From contig NW_002060944.1 of assembly GCF_000150275.1 (NCBI RefSeq), positions 5,088,123 to 5,152,122 of the forward strand: 64,000 nt of DNA. The letters run 5' to 3'. The position numbers were made by a program, and so were the translations under genes. This DNA is from Trichoplax adhaerens. Taxonomy: Eukaryota > Animalia > Placozoa. Positions 40,076-54,320 of this stretch are shown piece after piece; within the stretch, counting starts at the first letter, position 1; each line of letters begins with the position of its first letter. Under the pieces are notes generated by a model. It saw nothing but the letters and a program-made list of their open reading frames with translations, was not told the DNA's origin and made no database searches.

Positions 40076-42825
40076 AATTGTAAAGTCTGTCATATATACA
40101 GTATATGTATACATATATGTTAAATGTATGAAGAGAGATGGATAAGTATAAGTATGCGTGTCCATGTTAAAGTAATAGATGGATCATTTACTAACGGATG
40201 ACAAATTTTACATTTTTATTTATGTATTACACGGCAATTTTGTATAATCAAATAACAGATCTTACTCATAGAGAAAATACGTACATCTATTTGCACTGAT
40301 TTACCAATTTTGTTATGAAAAGCAAATAACGCTCGGCAATATCGATGTTAAATAATTTAAAATCAGCCCTTTTGCTTTAGCGAAAGGGCTGCACGAAGAT
40401 TATACTAATGATAATAGCAATTTTCAACTGTATCAGTAATAAAATTCAATATTGCTAAATAGACTGGGATTGCCGCTATAATGGATTAATAGTATCATGG
40501 AAGAGATATAATAATAATAAGCGATTTTTCGCCTATACAACTTGAAGTTTAACTTGATATAAAAATAAATAGGATTTGTGTTTCAGATACAATACATTTG
40601 TTTAGTCTTATCATTTACTCATTAGATTGAAGCATTCTATACAATAGCTATATTATTACATCAATAACATAAATTTTATCAACATTTTTCAAACGATCAC
40701 AATTTCATTTTAATCACAAATAACAATAGTCTATAAACAATGAAAGTATAGATTAAAATTAGTGATACTGGTATCGATTCCTAATTTTGGAAGGATAATA
40801 AACTATTTTCGATAGAAACTGAAGGATGTTTTTACTCCAATTACGTTCGATCATGCTGAAGGAATAAGAGAATTTTTTAATACTCAACAATTACACACTT
40901 TCTAACGATACAAGTGCGCTATACTGTACTTTAGTTCGTGATTATCGCTAACTCATTTTTTCTAGGTACATTATGAAATCAAAATTGAATAAAGGGAAAG
41001 TCAATAAAGACTGTCCTATTGATTTACTTGATATATTAATTATTAATATAATGTCTTATCCAATATAAAAAGCTTTTAACATGATAAAACCTAATATGGA
41101 ATTTATGAATAAGATTAAAAGCTAATTCCAACTACATCATTTACGTATTATAGCGTTGTTTTCACAATCAATCCATTTTCCGCTCATCGTGATTTCTATA
41201 TACGTTGTAGAGACGTTATTTTATTTCACCTGCGCCCCCATAGGATACCGTCAAAACACCATTTATTCCATAGGATTAATATGAAAGTAATCCTTTCACA
41301 TTTAAAATCGGTAGTGTAATCTGTATTACTTTGTTAAAAAATAAAATATGAGAAAAAAATTATGTCGTTCTTTAGACAGGTTTTCAGCCTGACGGTCTGT
41401 AATTTGATTCTAATAATTATTCGATACAGTCATCTTTTAATTGTACTATTACGTATTCCTTTTATTCAAAAAATTCCAAAAGCGAAATGTCAGGTATTTG
41501 TGTCTTTCGAACTTTAATCGACTATATAATAGATAAAGAATGAGAAATATCAAAATGCTTTTTAATTACTTGTGTGAGTCTCATCCGTTTTTCTTATATG
41601 CTCTACATAAAAAAAAATGATGTATTGTATTGATTACTCGAATTGTCATTAAGATTTGGAACAGAGATGATACAGTAGAATTATAATTAAAAAATTTTCT
41701 CTGTGAAAATACTACCAGGCTATTTAATAAGGAAGCTGAGCCTAGAGTATACAAATTATTCTAACAACGATTTTTCATAAAATTTCATTGATTTCTATTC
41801 TGTCCTTCTTTTGATATGTCATTTTAAATCTTGAATCGAGATATTGATGATGTCAAATCTCAGATTGGACTTTATCCTACCAATTCGTCAAAGTCAGTCA
41901 ACGATAGTTATTTGTTGTTTGTTGTTTTCCTTGTATTTGTTCATGTTTGATGTTTTATGTTTGGTTAACTCACAAAACTATCGTTGGTTTAAATTTGTAT
42001 TATAGACTTTACGTTTTCTTAAGAACTTATTTACTTCGATATTAAATAAAGGTCACATCCATTTTGGTACTTTATCGTGCAATACCCTTAACTTTTGTTC
42101 GTGTCTCTGCATAACTCAGTTGTCAATTTAAAAGGACTACCTGAAAATTCCTCTTAATCTAGTTGACTTTCCAAGTGTACGCTTTTTAATCATTTTTCAT
42201 TATCCATGTACGCTATGGATACATGCTATATATATAATTTTCCCTCTCTTACTGTATCCTTCTCTTCACCGCTAAATTTATTCTATTCTCAGATATTGTC
42301 CAATGAAAATGAGCTAGTTGAATACTTTCATTGATGTCATTTCTAAATCTAAATGACATTTATTCGGTAGATCAATGATAATAATTGACAAGTATTATAT
42401 TTTTAGTATGAAGAATGTTGCATTAAAAACTAGATGATGCCTAATTGAACTTTCATTTCTTTCTATCCTATTCACCTTGCTTTTAATTTCCTTTCTGAAG
42501 CAACACTACAAGTAACATTTCTTTTTTTTTGCCGGTTGGCTCTTGCACCTCTAATCTATTTCATACTATTATTCAAGTTATTTTTAATAAGTGAATACTT
42601 ATTCATTAGGTAAAGCTAATTGATACAGTATTCCATCTAGCCGTAGATATTTAACAATTTATTTTATTCATTTTCCGTAACTGATGCAAATTTTTTGTAT
42701 GCATCATTTTTTAGTTTCGAAGTCTACTTCGAATTTGATAGATTTACTTACTTTTATAGCAAGCAGTTCATTCATTTTACTAAATTTATCTACATTATTA
42801 TTTTTCATAGATCTGGATATATTCA

Positions 42826-42870
42826 AATATATATATACGCATATATATATATATATTTATATCTATATAT
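42826..42870. repeat. (TA)n microsatellite
   Basis: Imperfect TA dinucleotide run. Confidence 0.7.
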
Positions 42871-43287
42871 CTCTAATGGTATTCCATTTTCTTTCGCTAT
42901 CTTGGTATCTCTTTCCTTAAGCTTGCTTTTAAAATTACTTGCTATCCCCTTTTCTTGGGAAAATTGACTTGAAATACCTCTCATCGTCATCCACGTGGTA
43001 GTTTTTTTTGTTACATTAGCAACGATAAAACACCACCAATTTTGAATAAGAAACTCATCGTTGTAAGCATCTTGCTGGTTGTGGTGGCGGAGGTAATACT
43101 GTATCCTATTTTGAAAAAGCTTTTTGCAAATTCAGTTCTCATTTTTCCCCATTGATTACCCTTGACGTGGCTCCTTTTTAAATACCGACAGGACGTTCAA
43201 ATAGAAAATAAATTTAAAAATTGTAGTCACTTGTTATTCATAACATTTTAGTCCAATTCTCTTATTTTATTTTCTATCAGACAAAAA

Positions 43288-46200
43288 ATGAGATCTATTT
43301 TACTCTTTTATATAGTTATCACTATAATTTCTTTATACGTTATCAAGCCTGCTAAGACTACATCGGCCCGTCTACGGTGTGGTATATCATTAGATAAAAG
43401 GAAAGAAGATTATATTCATTCTCGATATCCTCGACATACACCGATCCATCAGCCAGTACAAGATGATGGAGCGCTCTATTTCAATGGTAAGGATACTATT
43501 CAATTGCCAATTGAAAGTATAGAAATAAGTCGTGGCTTCAGTATTGAATTTTGGATTAAAGTAGAGGGTGGACAACACGCCAATACTATTATCGTTGGGC
43601 TTTATGATCGTTGTTTCTTAAGGTATCAAAGTTTAATAATTGGATTAAAGAACAGGAATCAACATCGACAGTCTACTCTATATTACTCATTGCAAACAGA
43701 TAGTTTCAATTCAATGAGTACTATTGAAGGGCCCACAACTGTCACTATTGGAAAATGGCTCCATGTCGCTGCAACCTATAACCAAAAAAAAATGCAGCTT
43801 TATATTAATGGAGCACGAATGGGCACTGATACACGACAAAAGGGCCAATTATTGGCTAATCACTCAGCACTATGCCGAGCTATTTATATTGGAGGCGGTC
43901 ATGGTGATGGACAACAAAATAATGGCACCGATGACAACTTTAATCAATATTACCGTGGCAGTATCGATCATTTTCGCATCTATAATTACTCTCGATCACA
44001 TAGGTCTATTAAGCGTGGCATAGATCAATTGAATCATGCAAGCCGTTATCATCACTATCATCAGCATCATCATCATCTCCATCATCGTCATCATCGTCAT
44101 CATTCTCGTCATCACCATCGTCATCACAACAATAGCAACCATATTCATGATTCAATGGGTTTAATTTATCAAGAATCATTTGATGGTATCGTCCGTTGGA
44201 CAACACCAAAATTAAATAAACCTAAAAGAATCCATTCTACACGCCATGAAAGTTATCATCAAATTGAAATTTATCCACCGCCATGTGGTTTAACATTATG
44301 TGATAATCATGAAATTATCAAGACTTATTTGGCTCACTATCCTGATTGGCAACATACGCCTAAGTTGGTACAATATCGCCTAATTAATATCTACAACGAT
44401 GATGGCAGTAATCCACTAGTAACTCAACAACAGATACAACGGCAACACCAATACCTACTGAATCATTTTGCACCTTATGGGATCCAGTGGAAACTTCATG
44501 AACATAAAATATATAATACAACATTGAGACAGCGCCATGTCTTGGTCGGTTGTAAATCGAGCATGATTGCTGATGATATTTGCCAAGAAGAATGCAATAG
44601 TGTCATTACTGGCTATGATGGTGGCGATTGTTTATCAGGTTCACAACATCAAATTGATGAATTATGTGATAGCAATAACATTGGAAATGGAATCTGTGAT
44701 AATCAATGCAACTATCGGCATTATAATTGGGATGATGGCGATTGTTGTCTTCTCAACTCAATCTCAACAGCTACCACTACTACAAGCAATTGTGTTGATC
44801 CCGATTCTCCTCACCGGAATTATCTGTCAGTTGAAGAATATAAAAATACTATTAATTTAACCAATGAAAATTATTTAAATATCTACTTTGGACATTGGAC
44901 ATGGGAAGATTTACTCGGTATTGCTACTTTTCCATGGGAACGCCATGTCAAAACCTTGCTAGGTGGAACAATCTTGAAAGCAACCCATTATGGTCATACT
45001 GGTCACTTAGATATTATGATTCATGAAATTGGCCATAACTTAGGTTTATGGCATGTTCATCATGGTATATCGGAAATGAAATGTAGTGATCCATGCTACG
45101 AACGTTATCCATCGATGGAATTAGGTGATTTATGCTCTGATACGGCACCTACACCGCTTAATAATTTATGCCTATCCCCTCTATCTCGCGATGATGCATG
45201 CTATGATCATTTAAAGTATAATAATACGCCGTATCGTAATTTTATGAGTTATTCTAACGGATCGTGCTTGCATAAAACTTTTACACCACAACAAGTAGCT
45301 CGTATGCATTGCTATATTGATCAACATTATACTTCTTGGTTGGTTGATGATGATCCAGCACCTTCGATTATTCCAATTCCACCGCAAATACTATCTAACG
45401 ATCATCAACAATTACAAATTGCGTGGATATCACCGTTGCGTGATCAACGCCATCAAGTATGCGAATATTGTCATGCCAATGGAGCTCTAGTTCAATTTGC
45501 AACTAAAGTATCATCACCATTTACTTATCGTACAACTGGTATGAATATTTGGTCGCCTGAAGAAGCCTTAAAAGGTTCGCCCGATGCTAAAGCATGTGAA
45601 TATGATAGGTATGCATGGATTGCACATGAATATTGCAATAGTACATGTTATGTCGAGGTCGGTTTTGATCAGTTGATTGTTGGACGCCAATTAAAAATAT
45701 GGGTTACTGGTAATTATAAAAGTGCTCGCGCTTTACATGATATTATATTATATTATCAAGATGGGAGCAAAGAATCATTAGGAAGTCAAGCGGTCCAATG
45801 CGATCAGCCATTTACTACACCTTTATGGTCAAGTAAGATACTAACGCATTTAAAGATTTACATTTCTCATCCTGATGTAGGTATCGATTCCGTCCAACTA
45901 ACTTCATCGCAACATCATAGCGTTTGTGATCATTGCCAACCGCTAACTTATCGTGTTCATCGCCAACCACCATTTTATTCAAATCAATCGTCGATGATAA
46001 CAACTACAACTCATTTTCTAGATTTATGGACGAAGCCATCGGTTAATTATATCTATACTGTCCAAGCTATTAGTAATAACCGAACTGGACCTCTATCATC
46101 ACCTTTGCGTTATTTCTTCAAAGAAGGCTTTTGTGGCAATGGTATAATTGAAAATGATGAAAGTTGCGATGACGGTAATCGGCATGATGGTGATGGTTGT

Positions 46201-48590
46201 AATCTTCGTTGTCAAGTTGAAGAATTTTTTCATTGTCAGCATCAACCGAGTCTTTGCTATTATCACCTGAATGATGATATATGTGAAGAATTTGAGGAGA
46301 GAGTTAGTCCTCATGATTGTGGATTTTATACACCGAAAGGATTTCGTGATCAATGGGCTTCTCATGCTGTTGCAAATCCCGAATTTCAAGGAGAAAAATG
46401 TAGCGATTTTGAAACATTATTATTAGGACCTCCATCTGCTGATCAAGTAAATAGCATACTTTACTAATTATTGAATGCTATTTTTATAATATCTTATACT
46501 TAAAATATCATAAAATGTTAAGTATTTTAACTACAAAGTTAACTTATGGCTTTCTTTCATTTTTATTGTTTTATATCAGAAATGTACATCTAATCTGGAT
46601 ATGAAATCGTTTTGGCAAGAACTTCCTGTAGCTTGGTATCCATGCGGTCATCATTATGAAGATGCAAATTTTTGGATTCAAGTAAGCTTCCAGCGTTCAG
46701 TTGTTGCATCATCAGTGTTGATCTATTTAGCTACAGATGGCAATATCGTATTATATACTAAAAGAGTAAGGATATATGTTCAACTAATCGATACAGAAGA
46801 TAACGTTCACGAAATTACACCTAATGGTATCTTGGCATCATGCAATTCTAATCCTTTAACGATATCAGTAATGCACGACATGACTAAAGCCTTTTATTAT
46901 GTTAAAGCAGTTAATATCTCCTTCACATCATACGAACTTGCTATTTCAGCAGTTCGGCTACGGTCTCTTACAGCTACAGAATCATTTTCAGCTCATCAGT
47001 GCGGTAAAAACGAATATTACAATCCAAAAACGCAACGATGTTATAAATATCCTTGTGATCGAGTTCATTGTGGGGTGTACATGACTAAAACAGCTCATGC
47101 CAACTGTTCATCAAACTTTGAAGGTGCAACTTGTAATGTTACATGCTATCATGGATATACTAGCTTAAATGGTCCTTCTTATGAGATTCAATGCATTCAA
47201 GGCCAATGGGTTGATCAAGATTATTCCTGCAGACCAATTGATTGTGGAAAACCGCCTAATGTTGAATATGCTATAACAGCCTGCCCCGATGGTACAAGAG
47301 CTGGAAAGGTATGCACATATAAATGTAAATCACCCGCTAGGATGGTCGGTAAAAATAATTCACTAACTTGCACACCACAAGGATATTGGACACTTCCTCA
47401 ATCTTACTGCTATTTAACATGTAATCCACCACAGCAGCCGGCTAATTCCGTTAATTTTCGTTGTATGAATGCAAACTACCGTCGAAATAAATTGTTTCAA
47501 ATTGGTCGTTATAATATTGGTAGTTATTGCAAGTTTCATTGCTCTAAAGGTTATGAGTCTATTAATCAGTATGGCTTGAAGAGTGTACTATCAAGAACTG
47601 TATGCAGTTGGAGTGGTCAGTGGGAAGATGCTCGATGTATTCCGATTACTTGCCCACCTCCACCACTACTTCAACATGGTAGTTATAACTGTAAAGGAAC
47701 AACTTATAATTCAACATGTTCTAGAACATGCTTGGATGGAAGCCATAAGGTAATATTAATTAATCAAAATTATGGTAACAGTATTAATTGCTTTTCGGCG
47801 TGCGCGTATAGATAGGTATAATTTTGAGATTGGTTTACCTTTTCAGTAATATAGTTTTTTTTGCAATTTTTTAATATTAGCGATTTAAGTTTATATCTTA
47901 TGTTGTTTTAAATATACTTGCACACCAGCAAGATCAACTTAAAGAGTTAATTTTATGTTGTTATTAGCTGCTTTCAATACTTTCAGCTTCGATCACATTA
48001 AATTATTATATGATATAATACCTTTATTATGTTGACCTATAAACAAATTAACAAGGTTAGATTAGCAAATTCCAATTATTTAAACTAATTCTAGATACCT
48101 TTTTTTTCATCTTATGTACTAGAACGGTGGTCATAACGTTATTACTTGTGGTAGCGATCGAAAATGGCATGGTGTTGTAGACCACTGTCCAGTACCAACA
48201 CAAATATGTGCAAAACCCAATTTATCATCAAATATGGATGTTACTTGCTCAAATGGCCATGCTATTGGTCAAAGTTGTAGGATTACATGTAAAACAAATG
48301 AAGAAACGCCTAACCATCAGCAAATTACTTGTTCATCAAAACAGATATGGCAACCAGCGTTATCGCAATTAAAATGTAACGTAAGATGTCTATCAGAATA
48401 CTATAATGATGGATGGTGCGATTTGGAAAATAATCGTGAGGAATGCCAGTATGATGGAGGTGATTGCTGTAAGTCAACATCAATAGAAGGCATAGTAGAG
48501 TATATGATGGAAGATTATTGCAGCAGTGAGCCAGTACCAACTGAATGCAATTGCCTCGATCCAAAAGCAGCAGAAAATAAAAATGTATAG
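43288..48590 (+). CDS. PAPPA: Pappalysin (PAPP-A/PAPP-A2 family M43B metzincin), ~1598 aa, 3 exons
   Basis: Exons 43288-46446, 46580-47749 and 48123-48590, all phase 0. Domains in order: signal peptide, LamG-like domain, PPPCGLTLCDN, two LNR modules, HEIGHNLGLWH zinc motif (from 45022), Met-turn NFMSY, FCGNG..E.CDDGN repeat, CCP/sushi modules and C-terminal LNR (DGWCD..NNR..C.YDGGDCC..C.C.DP). Confidence 0.97.
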
Positions 48591-51500
48591 ATATTCGTAG
48601 GCATAAAGAAGTTTCCAAGTCAACTCATAATAATTGTATTCCAGAGTTAATGGCAAAAATTTATATTTACGTATTCAATGCTATACCTTACACAGATATC
48701 AAATTGTGATTTTAAGATGATATTTACAGTTAGTAAAGATTCCATCACTAGATTATGATCACTAGATCATTATTGTTGTTTCTTGATTATGATATATTTA
48801 ATTTATCTGTTTCCTAAATATTTAAAAATCTCAAGAGCATTGCTAGTTCAATACGCACTTGTTTAATCACTCAATTAATTGTAAACTATCAATTCAGTTT
48901 TGCAGCTCTAGTGTTATATTTATAGTACCGGAGTTATAAGTAAATCACTTTAAGTGGTGTATAAGAAATTAAATGAAGTTTAAAACATAGTATGTCCAAG
49001 TATACCTTAATTTGTTTATTGAGTGCTATATTAACGGTTATAATTAATTAGTAATCCAGCAAGGGTGATTCAAGAATAGTTTAATGACGTAATATTTACT
49101 ACATAGTTATTTGGTACATGATACATATAAGTTTACTCTATAATAGTAGATGTGTATGAATATTTACACGCATAGATATTCTGTTGCCATTTTTAATTCT
49201 TGGTAATAACAAGAAAAAATTATAAGCTGAATGAGTACAAACATTGATTGTTTTAACTGCATTGCGATAAGCAATAACTAGAGCAATACAAGATATAAGA
49301 GAGTAGGATGAAGATTTCTCATAATAAGCTTTTAAATTGTAATCAGATTCAATTAAATTATCTATAATCTCGATATAGACAATATTAAATGATAGTCTGG
49401 CGATAAAAATTATCTTCCAGCAAGTATTAGCGGATATTATTCTTTAAAGATATTTCATGATATTATTTTAGCGTTAACTTTCTTAATTATTCATTAACTG
49501 CTAATAGCTTGGATAATAAATTGATGAACTTTTCCATGCTCTATCTTGAATTCTGGTTAACAATCAGTGTATAAAAGGAATCTATAGGTAGATGGTAGAT
49601 ACTAGCTGGTTGTGAAATGGGGTTTAAAGTAATCATTTCCCTATCAATTATAAATTGGTCAGACTTCGATTTTAAATATAAATTGTCTTGCACTAAGCAC
49701 AAGATCAAAGAAAAAAGTATCTGCTAATACTTGAAATTCTTCAGCCTACTCTTTATATTATATTAGCTTGGTTGGGAATTTGAAGACATAGTATCCTTTA
49801 TGACGGTATACTCGTATATATATATTAACATAGTAATGTGATATTGTTGGGGCAATTTCTTTACGGTTGTAGCTTTTAGAATACGCTATCGCCATTTCTG
49901 TCCTTCTTCTGGGTTAGGGCTACGAGTACTAAGGCATTACAAATACTTTTCTATAACAACGATGCGTTTTCGTTCTCCTTCCATATGCCTACATAGAGTG
50001 TTATTAGGAATAGACTTTGTAGTAGATAGTGACTCCGCCATATGATATTTCTCGAATAAATACGCGTAAACTAATTATTTTTGCCGTGGGTCAATATTAC
50101 ATGTTCTTATGCAATATGACGCCTATCGTGTAGACTGCAAGAATAGCTCAAAATTCAATACTGTACGTAATAAGATTAGCAAATTGTCAATTCGTCTTCC
50201 TTAACCATAACGATGAAGGATACCGTGAATTTTGATGGGTGAACTGATTTTTCTACTTTAAATGAAGGATTAATCGATGTAAATAAGTAGAGTATAATAT
50301 TTGCAACATGCTCGCTAGATAGGCAATACTGTACAGTGTAGAGTACAATATCAATTGAGGTCTATTATGGCTACGCTGTACTTTTTACCTTTTTGCATGC
50401 CTCCTACGGAGCTTTACTTTTGTATAGAATTATGACGCTTGCGGACAGTATAATATACTGTTCAGAATTGCTGTCTAACTAATCATGTGTGCATTTCAAG
50501 GCAAAATAGCAATTAAGATTATGCTACTGCAAGAGACGGAAACAATTGGCTGCTGTAGTTCTTCTCTTCATCTTTAAACTATTCTTATTCATCACGATAA
50601 GTGTTCCCATGTTGATCTCTCCATGTACTCAGATTTATATAGGAAATTACGTTGTTGCTGAGGCGGTTTTAAGGTATTTATCTGGGATAATGCAACTCTA
50701 TTCATGACTTTAATAAGAGCAGCTAAGGTTCACCTAGCCCGATTTAAAAGTATCAAGAATAAGATACAGGTTTAGGTTCGGAAGGAGCAAGGGACAAAAA
50801 TATCGAGAGAAGAGAATCTCTTCTAGAACTGAATGAACTTCGTTTAATTTTACAGTATAAGAGTAGCGGTGGTAAAATAATATTAAAGATATTGACTCTA
50901 ATATCATTAATGTTAGATTAATCTGCATGTGTAATTTTGACTCATAAGGAGTATTGTTGGAGGCTGCAATAATACTCCTTGTCAACCAACTTGGGAGCAA
51001 CAACAAGAATTTTTTCCGTCGAGCAGTGATTGATCCATTCAATTCATTTTGCTACGACTAAAAATGAAGATTTTAACCGTTGTACGGTAGGTGTTGAAGA
51101 TGAAAGTCGTTATCATTAGAAGCAGCATTTACCGCTGTCTATACTGATATCTGTTATGTTCAATTGATTTCCATATTAGAGATTATTACTGGTTATGTTC
51201 AGCATTTTAGGGATAATTACTGTGGTGAGATTATGTTTTAAAACATATTTACTGTTATCGTGGTTTTATTACCTTACCTTACAAATATAGAGTATTGATG
51301 TATTAACTAGAATGGTATAAAAAGGAGATACGATCGAGAAAAAAAAGGCAGACTTCAGCTTGTGTTCAATTTGAATAAGTCATGAAGTTGCTCGTTGGTA
51401 ACGTGAAAATAAAGGAGTTTTTTTTTTAAGCTTAACTTGCAGTCGTGACAATATCAATAAGAGTTATTCTTAGATAAGACTTCAATGCTAGGTAAGAATT

Positions 51501-52073
51501 TAATGCTATTTTCCGACATTATCCTACTTAAAGGGATGGATTACAACTCCTTCACTCCCATTAGTGGATCACATTGGGGTGGATGTCCTGAAAGATTTGG
51601 ATCACTTTGATGATATCGTGTTGAAAAGTTCCATCATCAAAAAAGGAGTTTTATACATCCATATCAAGAGGGTCAATGGTTATTTGTAGACAACCCTGTC
51701 CTGGCGATGCTATTTTACAGCATCATTGCCATGGACTACGAGGAGAAAGCTACTACAGCAGTTTTTCTTCTCGTTGTCCATAGCAAAGATGGCGATTTCT
51801 AGTCGCCTTTTTGGGAATTTCTGAGCCAATCTTGACGTCTAGACTACTGAGAGCAGGTAACATGGGTATGGGGTTGCACGAGTCGCATACAGTACTTGGT
51901 GATGTTGTGATCTTCATACGAATACGTTGTACTCAAGGTGTATTCACAGTCAGTTTAGTACGACAGATTGAGGTGATTCCGCGTACTACTAAAGACGGGA
52001 ACTACTGAAAGAGTACCACTACTCTCGTAATTCACTTCAGTCCTATTCCAGTCATGATACAGTGATTAGCGTT

Positions 52074-52665
52074 GGTATCTGGTTCGTTTCCGGGGCCGAT
52101 GGGTGAAACTTGGGTCTTAGCTGACTTGTGTAAACTGGTGAATTGTCCACTGAGCGTCATCTCACTAGTGACATGACACTTGGAAGAGTCGCCCCCCCTC
52201 CAACTTGGATCACTCTGTCAGAGTCCGATCCGATACGGTCCGAACAAGAACGACTCATTTCTTCATTTGGCTAAGGTATCTGGTTCGTTTCCGGGGCCGA
52301 TGGGTGAAACTTGGGTCTTAGCTGACTTGTGTAAGCTGGTGAATTGTCCACTGAGCGTCATCTCACTAGTGACATGACACTTCAAAGAGTCGACCCCCCC
52401 CCCCTCCAACTGGATCACTCTGTCAGAGTCCGATCCGATCCGGTCCGAGCAAGAACGAGTCATTTCTTCATTTGGCTAAGGTATCTGGTTCGTTTCCGGG
52501 GCCGATGGGTGAAACTTGGGTCGTAGCTGACTTGTGTAAGCTGGTGAATTGTCCACTGAGCGTCATCTCACTAGTGACATGACACTTCAAAGAGTCGAGC
52601 CCCCCTCCAACTGGATCACTATGAGAGTCCGATCCGGTCCGAGCAAGAACAATTCATTTCTTCAT
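52074..52665. repeat. GC-rich tandem array, 3 copies of a ~201-205 bp unit
   Basis: GGTATCTGGTTCGTTTCCGGGGCCGATGGGTGAAAC... starts at 52074, 52275 and 52480. Variation is mostly in the poly-C run and the (CCGAT)n tract. Confidence 0.95.
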
Positions 52666-54320
52666 ACTGAGTGCATACTGTACTGTGTCTGCACGAGTAG
52701 ATCTTGCGACAGTAGATAGCGAGTATGACCACCAAGTGACTGCGTACCAGTACTGAAGCTACTGTAGAAAATTCCTCGGTACTCGACTAGTCAGTGCGTC
52801 TTCGCCGCCATTTGGATATTCTACCACCTGGCCTGGAAAGCTCCATTAATTGTTGTTGAACGCGAGCAAGACTACTACAGTAATGCAATGATGACTCTTT
52901 GGATTGGCTATCAATAAATGAATCATCAAGTAAGTATTTGGAATCGGATTTATCCATGAAAAGTATGCTTGAACGAGTTGTATTGGCTTTGATATTGATT
53001 GAAAGCCAACGTTGAATAGACTGGATACAAATCGTTAGCAAGGTAGACGGTATAAACATGATGGAAGTAGGGTTTAGTGGTATGGACACCTTTGATCATA
53101 GCCAATTCCATTTTGAAATATGAGCGATAGAGAAATCATCTTGGAAAAGTCTTCCAATAGTCGATAGATGGATCCTGATGCAAGTCTATCTTGCCTGTGT
53201 GTCCCTCACATCCTTTCCTCAACCATTGTCTCCCTAACGCTAATAATATTATGGATTTGATGGGATTGCATCAAGAATGATGTTATATTATTGTGTGTGC
53301 ATAGATACAGTATATTCTATATTCTACACAACAGACAGTAGGATAACTAGTCTAAATGAAACAAATGAATGAGTCTGCAATGGTGGCTATCCTATCCTTG
53401 CTGAAAACTAGCCATCAGTAATGGCTGAACAAACCAATCTCTTGTTGGAAAAGGACTAAATCTATCCTATAATGTTATTCAAGACTAGCTAACCAAAATC
53501 TCCATGCAATGGTTGCTAATGTCGCCCACAGTAGGTGTATACGAGTTTACCAGCTTTTCGTGCGTAGCTAAGAGCTCAATATATTTGTACACACGCGTAT
53601 TGTTATAATATCCTCTATGCTTCGTCGCCATTAAATCTATTTTGAGCAACAGTACCATTCATTCGTGCAAGCCATGTTGTAATACGATGTTGGCCACAGC
53701 TTACCCAACAATAACACTCGAAGTTGAGATTCAATAAGGCAATAAAATTCAAGTTAGAATCTTATCCATTTGTTATCAAGATTCATTCTGATTGAATAAA
53801 GAGTTTTTAAAAAGGAAGCAGTCTATAAAACTTGAACTCAAAAATTAAACTATCATTTAGACTTTACTCTTTTCACTGTAGTTGTGACACCAGTCCTATT
53901 GATAAGCTGTAATTAATTGACCAAGCATGCATGATATAATAGTACGAGACATCAAAAGAGACGATTTGTCTGTGATATTAACATGGATAAACTTCAATAG
54001 TCTAATTTAAAATCTCTTACATTTGTATAGTGTTTATACCGCCGTATATAAATAACGTCACGTTTGTCGTTATTAATCCAGATGAGATTTTGATTTTATT
54101 TTTGTCTATTTTTGCACTTCATTAAAATTGTCAGTACTGTACAGTGTACAATCATGTCAGTGTAAAATAATTGATCGAAGCAATCACCAGCAGTAAATAA
54201 TTGAAAATCTGTATCGAATTTTGAATTTATCTACTCTCGTTACTTTCTTAACATTAATTGAAATCGATTTTGTCCATCGCGTTGCGTAGGATTATAGAGA
54301 GCAGCCAAAAAAAGCAGGAT

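Noticed and set aside
40363-40390. GC-stem hairpin CAGCCCTTTTGC-TTTA-GCGAAAGGGCTG resembling a terminator or Helitron 3' hairpin
   Set aside because: Isolated, with no canonical CTAG end or second copy in the window; intrinsic terminators do not apply to this eukaryotic locus.
43390-48618. Alternative-frame and antisense ORFs inside pappalysin (e.g. poly-Asp 44009-44209)
   Set aside because: Shadows of the real CDS; the poly-Asp is the reverse complement of the His tract.
48600-52070. Possible gene or pseudogene between pappalysin and EVI5 (ORFs 50734-51042 and 51811-52008; GC-richer 51500-51960)
   Set aside because: No recognisable protein motif and no consistent exon chain in any frame.
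52787-53089. 100-aa minus-strand ORF
   Set aside because: No similarity recognised; it overlaps the probable EVI5 TSS and non-coding first exon on the opposite strand.
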